Under the pieces are notes generated by a model, which was not told the origin of the DNA, ran no database searches, and saw only the letters and a list, made by a program, of their open reading frames with translations. Made by a program: the position numbers and the translations under genes. A DNA stretch of 64,000 bases from Phoronis australis. Lineage: Eukaryota; Animalia; Phoronida. Positions 32,001-44,529 of the stretch are shown one piece after another (within the stretch, counting starts at the first letter, position 1; every line of letters starts with the position of its first letter). The stretch is from assembly GCA_002633005.1 (NCBI GenBank), contig NMRA01000144.1, positions 442,924 to 506,923 of the forward strand, given 5' to 3'.

Positions 32001-35000
32001 CTTAAAATTAGTTTATATGACATTCAGATATGAATAAAATTTTACTGTTACACATTAAGTCGCAATGCAGACATCAAAAATTAAAATGCGGAATAAGGCA
32101 CGATGAAATGTCCTTCACTTGCCTGACTCGGCTGAGGTGTGTGTGTTAGCAGCCCTACATTTCAAAAACCAGGTCAGTCGTACAGGGCATTATTCTTCCC
32201 CCACAAATGAAAGGGGTCTAACCTTTACTATTGATACAATCAAATCACGATGCATAGCCATCTCGATTGCATTATCAGTTTTTGTTAGTTTTTGCTTAAG
32301 TATTGTGTTACCACAATAAAGATTCCACTGCAATGAATCCTGTATTTCTAGACAGTATTTTTACCATTGTTGGTAATGGTCTTTGACCCTATGACTTTTG
32401 ACACAGGTTCATTGACCAAGCGACAAATCATCATAAATTCACACCTCTATTTGAAACGAAATTCAATCAGTTTTTTTCACAGTGGTTTTCAGTGCAACCT
32501 GTTGCAGTTTGAGAAGAGTATTGAAACAAACCATCTGGTTTCAGCAATTTGACTACCAAATGATTTAAGACCAAAAATCAGACAACAGCTATGGAATCTT
32601 GCTACAGTCCTGATTATGGAGATGACTTGATGACTAATCTACACGGTTTGATGTCATCAATGCAGATAACTAGTAAAATGCGGAGTGAATGGCTAACATG
32701 GCGCTTGGTCAGCAATTTATGCTATCAGTGCAGGGACATTTCCAGTTTGTTTTGACATAAATGCTGTCCACACACAGACTTACCCTAGAACAAGTTACTC
32801 CCGGAACAAGTTATAACTAAGTTTGGAGGCTGTGTGGACGCTATTTAAACTGGTGCAACTTACCGATTAGTGACAACATACTTCACCTTGTTGAGGTAGG
32901 GTGACTTGTTCTAGAGTAACTTGCGCCACTTGTAATCACTGTGTGACTTCAAACCTGGGGTTAGGCATAAGTAATTATCAGCTGTGGTTACATACAGACA
33001 GGTCTTCTTTTGTGCCCATGTTTGCATTAGCTGTTCCTTGTCACACACAGAGCGACAACTTCGGCCTTCCCTTGTTATCAGATATTTGTGTGTGGGCGGT
33101 CCTCTTAAAAGAGGGGTAAGTTGCTCTAGTGCAAATTGTTCTAGGGTAGGCTGTGTGTGTGGACGGGACAATAGTGTCTTTCACTGGCACTTAAATGCTC
33201 AAGTCGCAGTCCATGTTGGCAAACGCTGGGGGACTAGGCAATGTCCTTAACCTGGCATATCCTTGTGAGGATTTCCATCCATAAATGGATACCCATTTTA
33301 GAAAAATTAGAAAGTGAAGATTCAGTCATTTTTTTAAACCTTTTTAGTAACAATAATTTGTTGTCATATGGTAAGGGGAAGATTAGTGCTTTTGACTTTT
33401 TTACCACTGTTCTGGCAGAGTTAGTTTAGCTGAACTGCTATGCTGCCCAGGTGCTGAGCTGTTCCCTTGTTATAACATAAGACGTGCCTAATTCTTAAGT
33501 ACTGCACAAAACCTAGCACAGCTAAAAATGAAGAATTACTGTGTTGTGATGTCGACTTCCTGTTTCGAGAGTGATTGTATTTTGCCTTTTGCCCCGAGGT
33601 GGTATCCAACTATTAAAAAAAAGTTTGAATTGGTGGCCTAAACAACCAAAAACCTTTTAACTTTTTCTTTTAAGATATTTCCAATTCAACAATCAGATGC
33701 GAATGCAATGAAGCTTGAATGGGGAATCCTATTAAATTAGACTTTAATTAATGTGTTCAGGTTGGAAAGGCACATTACAAACATCACAATACTGGTGTTA
33801 TTTACTATGAAGGCAGGCAGGTGTGATGTCTGACATGACTACAAGAAGGAACATGCTTCAGGCAGGTGCAGGTCATAAGCGTGGGATCATCGTACAATTG
33901 CTGTATGGCCTGCGCTTGCCTGATGCCTTTTGTTGTACATCGGGCAGATATTGGCTACATAAGACAAGTGGTTTTAGTGAAAATCATTAAATGTAATCAG
34001 AAATTATGATTGTACTTAAGGATTGCCTACATCAGTGAATTAATTACTTTTTGTTTACCTGCAAAAATTCTAAGAAACAACTATCTTGGATAAGCAGGCA
34101 TGTGATCAAAAGGTGCCCATTGATGACATATTCTATTATTTTCTTTCAAAATCTGTCAGACAGTTACACCATTATTGTGTACTTGAGTCGCATGTTCTAC
34201 CATTGGGCTGTACTGATTTTCTTGCATTGGAATGTACCCAATCATGTGCCCTGGGATCTGCCTAGATGACCCACCCTAAGACTGTGATTATTTGCTCATT
34301 TCAGAACTTCCTATACTATGACCTGACCTGGGTCGGCCAATACATCTGTCTACTCTGGGTCAATGTCTGCTTGCTGTTTGCCATTCACTTCCTGCCATCC
34401 AAATATCTGGACATACTTCACTGCTGCTCTCTACACCTGGGCAGGTGGCAGAGGGTTGAGGGTCGACATGCACACGTGCCGTACAACGCGTAAGTCAGAC
34501 ACACTTTGAGGCAGTCATATCTAAGCCGTTTCTGGGTAGGAAATGCCCCTTATAGATAAGTTATGGAAGCTGCATCAAAACAGTGCATGTATTATGTTTG
34601 TTGATTTGTGGGCCAGCACTGTATCATTTGATGTATCATTTATGAGAGGAAACAGTTTATTAAACTAGTAGGGATAATTTTAGGAGCAGGCCGCGTATCA
34701 TTGGTGCATAAAAAATTTCAGAAACGCATTCTGATTGCTTAACTCGGGCCAGTGGGTGAACAAAAACTGATTTTGTCTTGATTAATACACATTGTACTCA
34801 TATTCTAAAGAATTACAATGCAGAGCAGCTGATCAAAACAACAATTTTAGTAATATGTGGTCTGGCATATCGCGAAAATACAGATCTTAGCTGTGACATT
34901 TATGTGTTTAATAGTTAAATGGAAATTCAATTATACCCGTTTAGACTGATCACTAATTGCGTAACATACTGAAGTAGCAGACGAAATCACGCATATTAAA

Positions 35001-36820
35001 ATGTCATTCCCAAAAAATTTGAATCAAAAAAGGTCAGACATTCAACTAACGTGACCCATAGGGCCAAAAATTGGCTCATATATTTGAGGCCACGTTGGTC
35101 AATTGACTCAGAAATGTTTTTCTTCTAAGCTCCCTGATCTAGTGCAATGTAATACAGACATTTATCTGTGATTTTATTCGTACCCGGGCCTCTATTCAAA
35201 TTAGTTTTGAGGTGTTGCTTATTTACTTGTCTAATGAATAGAAATAATAATGAGATAGGTTTTGTATTAGTCACTTTTTGATTTTGTGAAGTCCGTATTA
35301 AAGAACATGTTTGCTTTGAAGAGAACCAGTAATTTGATACTTTAGAGTAGAAAACTGCGGTGTTGTTTAGAGAGAATGTTTGGATTATTTCCCTTGAATG
35401 TTATTGTATGGATATCATGCATGTGCTCTTACTCGTTATAATTAAGTGCTATCAATGACTGAGTGAGTTAATGTTAGAAAACTGGCAGAGTTATCATTGG
35501 CTTCAATAAAGGAATTGTAACTTGACCAGTGTAGCAGATTTTGTCCAGCATTTGTACATGTGTGTTGACAAGTGAACATAATGTAGGTGGTCAAAGCAAT
35601 GTTATAAAATTTCAATTTGAAAAGAAATTAATGATTACTAGTGATATGAACATTCACTGACGTTTTAGTGATAATTTTGACTGTCAATGCTGCCAGTGTA
35701 CCCACTGTGTAATGCATTTTAGATATTTATCCTCAGGTGGTCTGAGTTGCAAGTATGGCAAAGTGGCGCCCTCGTTAAGCATGTCCGCGGACTATTCAAG
35801 GCACAAGGGGTTAATATCACAGCCGAGCCTGGTAACAACATGCATTCAAGGTTTTATGTAAGTGATCAAACCTGTAACACATTTCCTTATCTTTAGCAAC
35901 TTTGTTTTTGTCTACAACTTAAAACTAATTGTTGACTTTTTGTGAGTTTGGTTTACAGTCACTCTCGGGTAAGCTTGGTCACAGTCATAGTGTTTTGTTT
36001 TTGCAGCTGGGCATAAGACAGTGTAAGCTTTTAAGGAAGAGGACTTAATGATGTCAAGTTGTACATTGACTGTATGTGTAACTCCTGTGTGAAGAGTAGT
36101 AGGCTGGGTTTATTTGTGTTTCAGTGCTATTCACCTTCTTATGGGTTATGTGAGTTGGCATTAGTACACTACCTGTGACCATATGATGTATCTTAATGTG
36201 CAAATATGCTATCCATATTTATTTTAAATTTGACTTTAGTGATTATTACCATGAGTCATTGGCTCATTTCGCCCAGAATTGCAAAACAAAAAAGATATTA
36301 AAATCAGTTGCTTCTTTTATTAAGGATGGGGATATGATTACTTAGTAGTAGTTTATTTTTTAATGTAAACGTGTCTTTATACTGGGTGACTAGAAGAATT
36401 TGGTATTTGTCAGCTTCGAAATCGGCTGATTTTTAAATTTTCAGAATCAGTTTAATTTCAGTTTTTGCCTGGTGAATTATTAAGTGTTCTCTTACTTTAA
36501 CATTTATTGCATTTGATTTTAATGTAGTTCCATTCCCAATATTATTGTTCATAATGCAAACTTACGTACTGTGTTTGTATACCTTATCGTCTTTGTTTCA
36601 GTTTATGTTCCACCAACCGTTGCGCATCACCGACTGCCTTTTGGCCGTGGCCTGTTTCCTCATATTCTACGAGTTTCTGGCGCTTATCTACTCAATTGAC
36701 TGGAATCATATCTTCACACTCTCCTTTGTACTTTTCATGACTTACTATATTTTGTTTAAACTGTTACGCGATCGCCTAGTGCTGGGAAAATCATATAAAG
36801 ATATCCTGAATGATTCCTAA
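20046..36820 (+). CDS. TMEM39A: Transmembrane protein 39 (TMEM39A/B family), about 416 aa, 7 coding exons
   Basis: Exons 20046-20243 (acceptor at 20036; ATG in strong context ACTATGG), 21677-21760 [duplicate 23279-23362], 21959-22113 [duplicate 23561-23715], 24372-24660, 34305-34489, 35737-35857, 36602-36820. Phases join to 1251 nt using one copy of each duplicated exon. Motifs QYLNLYRTVWW, NFHLIDY, LKKDFNSRLKQILFNS, HLGRWQ and LFKLLRDRLVLGKSY match recalled TMEM39A. An upstream coding exon is not excluded. Confidence 0.93.
20401..23809. repeat. Direct duplication of about 1.6-1.8 kb joined at a single N; probable haplotype false duplication
   Basis: Copy 1 20401-22207, N at 22208, copy 2 22209-23809. 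Scattered SNPs; 188 bp (21046-21233) is present only in copy 1. Confidence 0.9.
26870..27298. repeat. Degenerate ~27-bp minisatellite, about 16 copies
   Basis: Consensus approximately CTTTAAATCCTGTGGCTGGTGGGTGC. Confidence 0.85.
27347..27592. repeat. 41-bp minisatellite, 6 near-identical copies
   Basis: Unit CCTGGGCCTTCAGTCACTGCCCTGTATACTGCAACACCCAA. It accounts for the three overlapping repetitive ORFs in the track. Confidence 0.95.
27982..28053. repeat. 22-bp tandem repeat, about 3.3 copies
   Basis: Unit TCTGGCCTGCAATGTTTCTGGG. Confidence 0.9.
28539..30114 (+). mobile_element. Kolobok-like DNA transposon, non-autonomous, copy 2 (TMEM39 intron)
   Basis: TTAA on both flanks (28535-28538, 30115-30118). 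TIRs AGGAAAATGCCACCC / GGGTGGCATTCTCCT. Colinear with 9908-11582. TTAA TSDs, AG..CT ends and a THAP domain fit Kolobok better than piggyBac (CC..GG ends). Confidence 0.9.
28699..28986 (+). pseudogene. THAP zinc-finger domain remnant of the transposase
   Basis: WCIVPTC..FFRLP..LRKW..VCDRHF..DF has the C2CH ligands and conserved P/W/F residues of THAP. The ORF begins at GTG, lacks the AVPTIF box, and no catalytic domain follows. Confidence 0.8.
32765..33165. mobile_element. MITE with ~30-45-bp imperfect TIRs (PIF/Harbinger-like ends)
   Basis: GTCCACACACAGACTTACCCTAGAACAA at left versus TTGTTCTAGGGTAGGCTGTGTGTGTGGAC at right, with internal partial copies of the same motif. TSD not clear. Confidence 0.65.
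33858..33925 (+). ncRNA. Candidate intronic pre-miRNA-like hairpin (unvalidated)
   Basis: TCAGGCAGGTGCAGGTCATA pairs with TATGGCCTGCGCTTGCCTGA over 20 consecutive positions (17 Watson-Crick, 3 G:U). Four more pairs follow after a 1-nt bulge; loop about 17 nt. Confidence 0.35.
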
Positions 36821-38858
36821 GGCAACTGGGCATGTCATTTTTTCAGTTAAGAGACCACTTGTTGTTTTTTTGTTTTTCTCTAAAGATATGTTGTCATTAT
36901 CTCACTGCCGCTATTGTCAAATTTTCTTTGTCTGTTGTCTAAGTTTATCTTAGAACTCTTCGAGTAGTTTACAATACTTTGTAAAGTGTGAAAATTGTAT
37001 ACTGGGGATTTCCGAAAGAAAGTATCCTACCAAGAAAAAGCCCCTACGTGACTCTGTCAGAGACATGGTTGGAAAAAGTCATCATGAAGGTTTCTTTTGG
37101 GTTCATTTTGTATGTCTGGCACCAGATAAATATACGGGCAAGGTGTCGGCAATGTTTCAAGCACCTTTCTAATATTCGAGTTGATCATTTTTAGTGGCCA
37201 ATGAGCAGGTGAAGTGAAATGTAAGTTTTATTCCTAAACCGATTTGGGTGATGCGGTTGGCAGTGCAAATTTTAAAAAAGCCCCAACTTTTTATGCAAAA
37301 TCGTTAAAACGAAAAAATGGAACCCTTTTCCCATGCCCTGGAATTAAGCTTTCAAATTAGTTTTCATTACTGTACCACTTAAGTGTATAGACTAGACTAG
37401 ATTAGACTTCACTAAAGAATGAATCAACCACATTGCGTTAATTGGAAAGTTTACTCCAAGGCTAAATCTTTAACAAATTTAGTGGTTTCAGACCCAATTC
37501 TTGCCACTTTGCTTATAAAGGAGGTCTAGAGGTTTGCTCTTGTTGGTAAAGTCATCCACTCATGAGAAGGGCCCTGAAATGATTACCTGTTGGTTGATTT
37601 TGGTAGGCCATTTACTTAAGTATTGGAAACCAGTTCCTGTCTTGCTGTTGTTCAAAGTTCACCATCAAAATCTGTGATCAATTCTGGCTCTGTTTACTAG
37701 ACTGTAATCCTGTGGAAAACACTGAAAACACAATGGAGATTTTGTAATTTTGATGTTAGAAGTTACTGCTATGTAGTGGACCATCAACATGTTTAGCCAC
37801 CATTCTCAAGTTAGTGCCGAATAGATTTGTCTAGACGTGATTCATGTGTTAGCTAACTACACAGATTGTACTCTTCAATGGGTGTGTTGTCTTTTGTAAA
37901 TGTTGTTATAGGAACTGTTGAAAGTCTATTTTTGTTTGTTATTTATAGTTTTATTGTTTATCTGTTGATCTGTAGTTTACAATAGATTGTGAGTTGCTTT
38001 AGATAACTATCAAACTTAAAATCTATGTAGCATTAGCCAATGAGATCAATATTCGATCACTATCACAAAGCACATAGTCTCCTAGTTGAAATGTCATACT
38101 TAGAACTACTGAAAAAGTAGATAATTCCCGCATTCGAACAGTGAAGATTTGTGTATTTTTGCTAAGATCAGTAGTTGTTCCAAATTTAGAAATTCCTAAA
38201 ATGTAGCTTGCCCTAATGACCCCCTCTATATTCTAACTGGTAGTCATGAGATGAGTTGAGAGATGGTAAAAACATCTAAAACTTCAAGATTACACACTTT
38301 TACCCATCGTTCCCATTCGAGTTCTGAAATTTATTTCACAAGGAGCGTCAACGATCACTTTTTCACTATTAGTATTTTGAGGAATTCTCCTGAGCAGTTT
38401 TGTTGAGCCCTAGATCAGGGTGTCAGAATGTCCCATTTTATGGTAAATGAAGGTACAATACGGCTCATGAAGGGGATTATCAAGCCAAAATAACACCCAA
38501 ATAAGAGATTTATCCACTGTTGTTTTCATTTTTGTCAACATTGCAAAGCGCAGTCGAAACATTCTACACTCCCATTGTGTGAAAGGAAGTGTCCTAAGGT
38601 ATTGTTTTATTTACTTGTTAAACAATATAACTTTATGCTAAGTTAACACTGCTGCTGGTGGAACCATAGAACATAAGTGTTTTGAGGAAATACAATGTGG
38701 CTAAATAGGCTACATTTGTCCAATTCATTTGTGTATCTTTGTAACATTACCTGATCTAGTGGATTAGTTTATTTTTTTGTTTTACAGGGTATTCGAAATT
38801 GTGTCTGTGAAATAATTTGGCTTTTCCTATCATTTGTGATCAATGGTTTAATTGTTTA

Positions 38859-38864
38859 AATAAA
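38859..38864 (+). promoter_or_regulatory. Probable TMEM39 polyadenylation signal (implies ~2-kb 3' UTR)
   Basis: AATAAA at the end of a T-rich UTR-like stretch, followed by T/GT-rich sequence. Confidence 0.5.
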
Positions 38865-39078
38865 AGACCATTTATTTTAATTTGGGACATTTTTTGGTTG
38901 CCACAGTGGGATTTGATAGGTTACTTACGTGGCAGATGCAGAAGATATGGGAGTGTTCAGGGCTGTGGATCAATTATGTTGTGTTTAAAGAGGTTGGAGT
39001 GACGTGGGCCAAAGTTTCAAGTCACCTTAGGCGTTGCCTTGGAATGGAGAGGCGTCATTATGTTAATCAAAACATTAC

Positions 39079-39241
39079 ACTGGGGGCAAATCCAGGATAT
39101 TTTAAAGGGGGGGTTGGATCAAGGATTTTGTTAAAAATGGAGGTCTAAGTCAACAATTTGAAAATTCCGGATTTGACATCACTAACTTATATCAAGGGAA
39201 AAAGGAGGGACCCCCTTGACCCCTCCCCTAGATCCACCTAT
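39079..39241. mobile_element. Short degenerate MITE of the CAGGGGCGGATCCAGG type
   Basis: CTGGGGGCAAATCCAGGA at left and CCCCTAGATCCACCTA at right resemble the ends of the 15594-15997 element. Confidence 0.55.
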
Positions 39242-41269
39242 TTGAGCGGTTATAAATGACACCTCACATGCGCGAACGAACGATACGCCGTTGCATATGT
39301 TTCGAGAAAACTTGAAGATCAGTCATGGTGATGTTTGCGATGTGATACGCGCGTCTTGTAGGTCGTCGTCACCCAACGTTTTGAATGTACCGTGTATGGA
39401 ATAGAATGTTGTCATTATTCAGGAACTTAAGATAAGATCACAGAGGGCTGATAAAGTGTGGTAATTACGTCGGGGCACATTGCAACCTTGTGTAAAAAAA
39501 CGTTGCAAAAAGACGCATACCGGGCAAATTAGTCATTTTTTGAAAATGAGATGAAATCGTAAAGTTCTTACATAACCTCGCATAAAGGTCCTGCGCGAGG
39601 AACACCAGCCTGAGGTCTTGCAATAAATAGCTGGTGAATTCCCACTGTGCGGAGCTGTCAGTTGCGTAGACGCAAGGATATCACGAAATCGTGACATTAC
39701 GCAAGTTTTCGCGAGATCTCCCTACGCACTACAATCGAAGCACGTGGACCCACTAACTTTGAACAGAACACGTATCACGCCAAAGGAAGGGCAATAAAAA
39801 TCCACCTTGAGTCAGCTGCTTGTTGGACGGCTCATCGTCATGATCTCAAATAAAATAGATTTTTGCGAGTAATGTTCCCGGCTTATGGGCTGCGCACTAG
39901 TTTCAGCGAGTTTCTTTGTGGTTTCACTTTAAGTAGTTGGCCTGAAGACATCTGTCTCCTCTTTTGGCCTCAACTTAGTTACTTACTCTCATGAAAAGTG
40001 ATTTCTGTGCTTGCAAAGAGCTGGCACTTCGTTATTCCTAATTCTGAAACTGTATGTTAGGTGCATATTTATGAAACCGAGTGGCGTTGAGCAGCCTCGG
40101 GATCAACTGAGGCACTGTGCTCTTCCGCCTTTGCAACCCACGCTATTGGCAGAAGAAAATTTACTCACTTCTTGCTGATTAAAGTTCAGTAAATACATTG
40201 TTCTTACGACACTTTTTGAGGCCCAAAACTGGGAAGTACTTTCGATCTCTGGACGGTGACGCTGGCTACGAACTTAATTAGAGCCGGAGTAAACAGGATT
40301 CTGATGTCATAACTTGTTAAAACAGGGTAGCAAATTTAGCGGCTCAACTAAAGCAAAAAATTTCCTGCGGGCTCACTTTGGCTTGTCGCTGTGAGTGACC
40401 TGCCCAAGCAGACCCGTAGGAAGGCAAAAATTATGTTATCACAAACCAGCCTTCTTCCTATATGATCCCCCCGCCGCCGTTCAGGGGTAATACATGAGTT
40501 GCAGCCATCAGGACTTGAGTAACCGTGAACCCGTAGTTTCACGCAGGGTAAGAATGAGTTTAGGGCCAGCGCACTGATGGCCGGGTAGCTGCATGGGATC
40601 CAGCAGTGCCGGGATTCGATGAACTTGAGCTAGTCGCTGGTCAGCTCAGCTATGATTCAATTGAGACAGGCAGCTTAGCTCGTACCTATTCCTCTGCGCT
40701 GGCTGTAAGGTCAAGATTCGTTCAGTTTTATTATGATCACGTTTCAGGATTCAACACGGCCATTCTTTGCGGAAGGAATTTTTGGAAACGTGAGGTCCCG
40801 TGGTCCGTGGTATGAGTGTCTTTATGGCCGTTTCAAAATGTCTTGATGAAACACAGCCGGTAATCCAGTTTCTTGTGGCTGGGGGAAATGATAAAGAGTG
40901 TGCCCCAAAAATGTACACACTTCAACGCCTGGAGTTCAAATTCAGCTCCCGGGCCCGTGGATCCCCGAGATTCTGCGCACGGCCCACTGGATGGTTACAC
41001 CGGCCTTATTTTTATCGTCACTGGTGGTTGCGTCAGTCATGACGTGCTCCGTGTGTGCAGTATGCACAGGAAGGGAAAGTAGATGATTCAGTTTTGAAGA
41101 AAATGATTGCGCAGTACTATTGGAAACTAACAATATCAAGGAAGTGCAAAGAGAACCTAGACCAAGTTGATGAGCAATAAGTTTAATTTTATTTATTTAA
41201 GTACTTAAACTTCTTTTTCGACCGACGGTTTGTAAAATTAACACACTAATCTATTATCCTAAGTCAATA

Positions 41270-41960
41270 AACAATTTATTGTCATTTGAATTGTGAGAAA
41301 ATTTTATGATACTTTGTAGAGCTGTCCGACATTCATCAACATCTTTGAGACTTATTTCAAACAGACAAAACAAATCGTTTGGTGTACATGTACTTTTATA
41401 TTTGGGGATCTGGTGATACATGTAGATCGAATTTTCCCAATGTCTGCCTGCAATTCACTGAAGCATTGTCATTTCTTACAAGATTAGCTTCTAACTGTAA
41501 AAAAATCATCTGTCAATCAACCCATTTTCATAGATACATAAACATGTAATTCAGAAACCACTGAATAGTCGATTCCATGAGCAATACGCTTACCTTGATT
41601 TAATGACTAAATTCCTTTTTGATCCCCTGCAAGTTAGTGAGTTTAAACGACAATTCTTGTACCAAAGTAAAAAAGCAATGCATTTATTGTCATTTGAATT
41701 GTGAGTTGATTTTTGGGAACAGTCCAAATTTCATCAATTTCTTTTGAGAGTTATTTTAGATAGGCAAGAAGCGTCCAAGTGCACTTTACTGTTTAGGGAT
41801 CCGATGATTATAGAGTTTTTCCATATTCAGGTTTCAACTAAATTCACTGAAACATCATAATTTCTTGAAACATTAGCTTCTAATTGCCAAAAATCACCTA
41901 TTAAGCTATCGGTTTTTGTAGATACATTAGCACTTAAATCAGAAACCAACGAATTTGTTT
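41270..41960. repeat. Old direct duplication (period about 410 bp)
   Basis: ATTTATTGTCATTTGAATTGTGAG, TTCATCAA..TTTGAGA..TATTT, AATTCACTGAA.CAT, ATTAGCTTCTAA.TG and TCAGAAACCA each occur in ~41270-41560 and again in ~41680-41950. Confidence 0.75.
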
Positions 41961-44029
41961 ATCAAAACGGAGTGTTATAAACATTTTCCGCAGGCATGAT
42001 CTCAGATTTTTGACGGGTAAGCCTAACCCGGGGAACATGGGAGATGGGACATTCATTTTAAGGTGTATTTTTGCTCATTTCTGAGGTACCTTTAACTGTT
42101 CACGAGTTTAACTTGAACTCCAAAAAAAGAAAACGCTGAAATATTTGTTTATTGTTGCGAGTATTTTGAGTACCCCTGTTCGACATGTACACAGTCATCA
42201 CAATTAAATCGTAGCCCGCAGTTTTTTCGACATTTGTGAATTCATTACAAACAGTTCCTAGTAACGACCTTCAAAAGAAATACTATTCTTGTGATACTAT
42301 TGGGAAAATATAACATTATTTATAACTAACCATCGGAAGTAGCCTTTTTGTGTAATTCACAAATAGTGATCTTCACGTTCTTCAAAATTCCAACTTTTTC
42401 AGTGATGTTGGTCAATCCTATTGTATTTTTCACATTTTGGTTGTTTGGGTCGAATGTTTTGATAGTGCTGGGCTGTGCACGGTTGTTTTGTGTTTTTGAT
42501 GAATTTGGAAGCTCAACTTCCCTTCGCGAATACTAAGCAGTGTCGGATTTACATATATAGGGACACCCAAACAGCCCACCGAGAGGGGGTCCCGGTTTTC
42601 GATTTTTAAAAATCGATGAACTAATACTCTAAGAACTACAACCGTTGGGTACGATTGAAGATAAACTACCGTGCGTATTGATACACTCGGTGGATATACA
42701 AACGCTAATAAGAGTTAACAATATCACATGGATTCATTTTTTAATATTCTTTCAATCTCGTTTAACCAGATTTTTGACCAGGAAACAGTTGTTGTGCCCA
42801 CTTTTCATTTTTATTACTGACAAAGAGCTAAAAATAGTTATATAGTCAGTGCCACCGAAACTGTCTAGAGATTCCAAATCTTCAATTTCAGTTGGTTATC
42901 ACCAAATTTGCACTTTTGTATATATTTTATGATTTGAGTTCTAATAAAGATTAAACTTTAATGACATGTGAAATGTTTAATCTACCTGTAATGTGGTAAG
43001 TTTAGGGATAGGCTCACAATGAACTTAACTAATTAAGTTTAGCTGGCGATAAAAATCTATCATTGTTTTGGTACTTCAAGTTCAAAATTTAGAGAAAAAA
43101 AGTTATCAACCCGTTCCCGGTAAGAGAAAAAAAACAATTGGGCAGAAGCATTAAAAATTAAATAAAGAAAACCAATATGAAACTTATCGTTCCTTTGGGA
43201 AGTGGCCCTTTGAGAAGATAAACACAAGTTAACCTTTTTAGTCATTCTGTAATATTTATAATGTACCAAGTTAAAACTACTTTCCAGAGTTGCAGGCTAT
43301 ATCTCTGCAAATGTCAGAGAAAACCAAACTGGGGGTACTAACAACAACCATTGTTGAGTGTTAGCAATTACCTTTCCACTTCATTAGCTCAGATCTACTT
43401 CAAAACAAAGGCGTGCTGAATTGGCATCGTAAAAGTTGTCTGGGGCTTAGGGAATTAGAGCGGTCACCAGTTTAAGCGAGAATGTGAAGGTTCACTGCCG
43501 CGCGCTTTAATTCAAGATATTGCATGTCTCTAACTATGCCAATGTATGACAGGAACTAAACGGCTATATTTGAATATCATCTACGCTGAACAAAGTCCAG
43601 TTGTATTCATTGACAACAATTGTGAAAACAAAAAAATCTGTAATGAGCTAGGCGACCTTCGATCACTGAGTTTGCCACTCATTAATGTACATCAAGTTAA
43701 TTACAGTTCCCAACATCAGGTCACGATATCTATTGGACTCGGTTGAATGATTTACGGCGGATCATTTTCGACACAAAACTCCTTCTTAAAAACATTTGGC
43801 ATTTTAGTTTCAACCGACTACTTCATATCACATCGTCGCTATAGGCACTAGAGTTGTATGTTACATAAGTGTAGGGCCTGAGTTTTCAGTTAAGTCTAAG
43901 ACATATGACCCGCATTCACAAGATTGGAATTAGCGTGCAAGTTCCACTTTAACCTTTTCTTTCTATTTTACTTTGGTTCACCAAGACGGTAGTTTACTCA
44001 TCTTTAGTTTGACAACACGAGGTTTGTTC

Positions 44030-44529
44030 TCGCTTTTTGACTCAGTGAGGCACGCCGCCTGTGAGCCCGGGCGAAGTCCCTCAGTCAACGTGCGATATAT
44101 GGATCCAGACTAATTTTTCATGCTAACGGGTTTCTTTTTTAAATCGCTGGGTGGGTATGCTAATTTTGCAGCTCAGTGCACCTGCGGTACCTCCCCCCAC
44201 CCCCAACGTTGAGTAGCCCTGCCCCTGCCGTACGCGCCAGCCGCGTCCCCGGGATCATGCTCAGCTTCGTTCTTCAAGAATGTCGAAAATAACTACGGAT
44301 TGACTAGGAAAACGTTTTGCGTTGCATTGCGTTGTGCCGTCAACCTCAACGCTGGATCTCCTATAGCCTATCGCCAGCGGACCACCAACCTGTAGTGCAG
44401 CTGGCAACCAGGACAACAGTGACCATCACTAATGACATCTTTTGGCGGCACACTGAACATTTCTTCGGAAGTTTTCGTGCGCATGCCCAAGTGACCTTTA
44501 AGGTGAACTTTTTTGTTTGGTCTTTCAAC
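44030..44529 (+). promoter_or_regulatory. CpG-rich promoter/5' leader of the RREB1-like gene
   Basis: Local GC/CpG enrichment; AP-1 TGACTCA 44038-44044; octamer-like ATGCTAAT at ~44157; C-rich CCCCCCACCCCCAAC at 44193-44207; upstream ATGs. TSS not determined. Confidence 0.55.
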
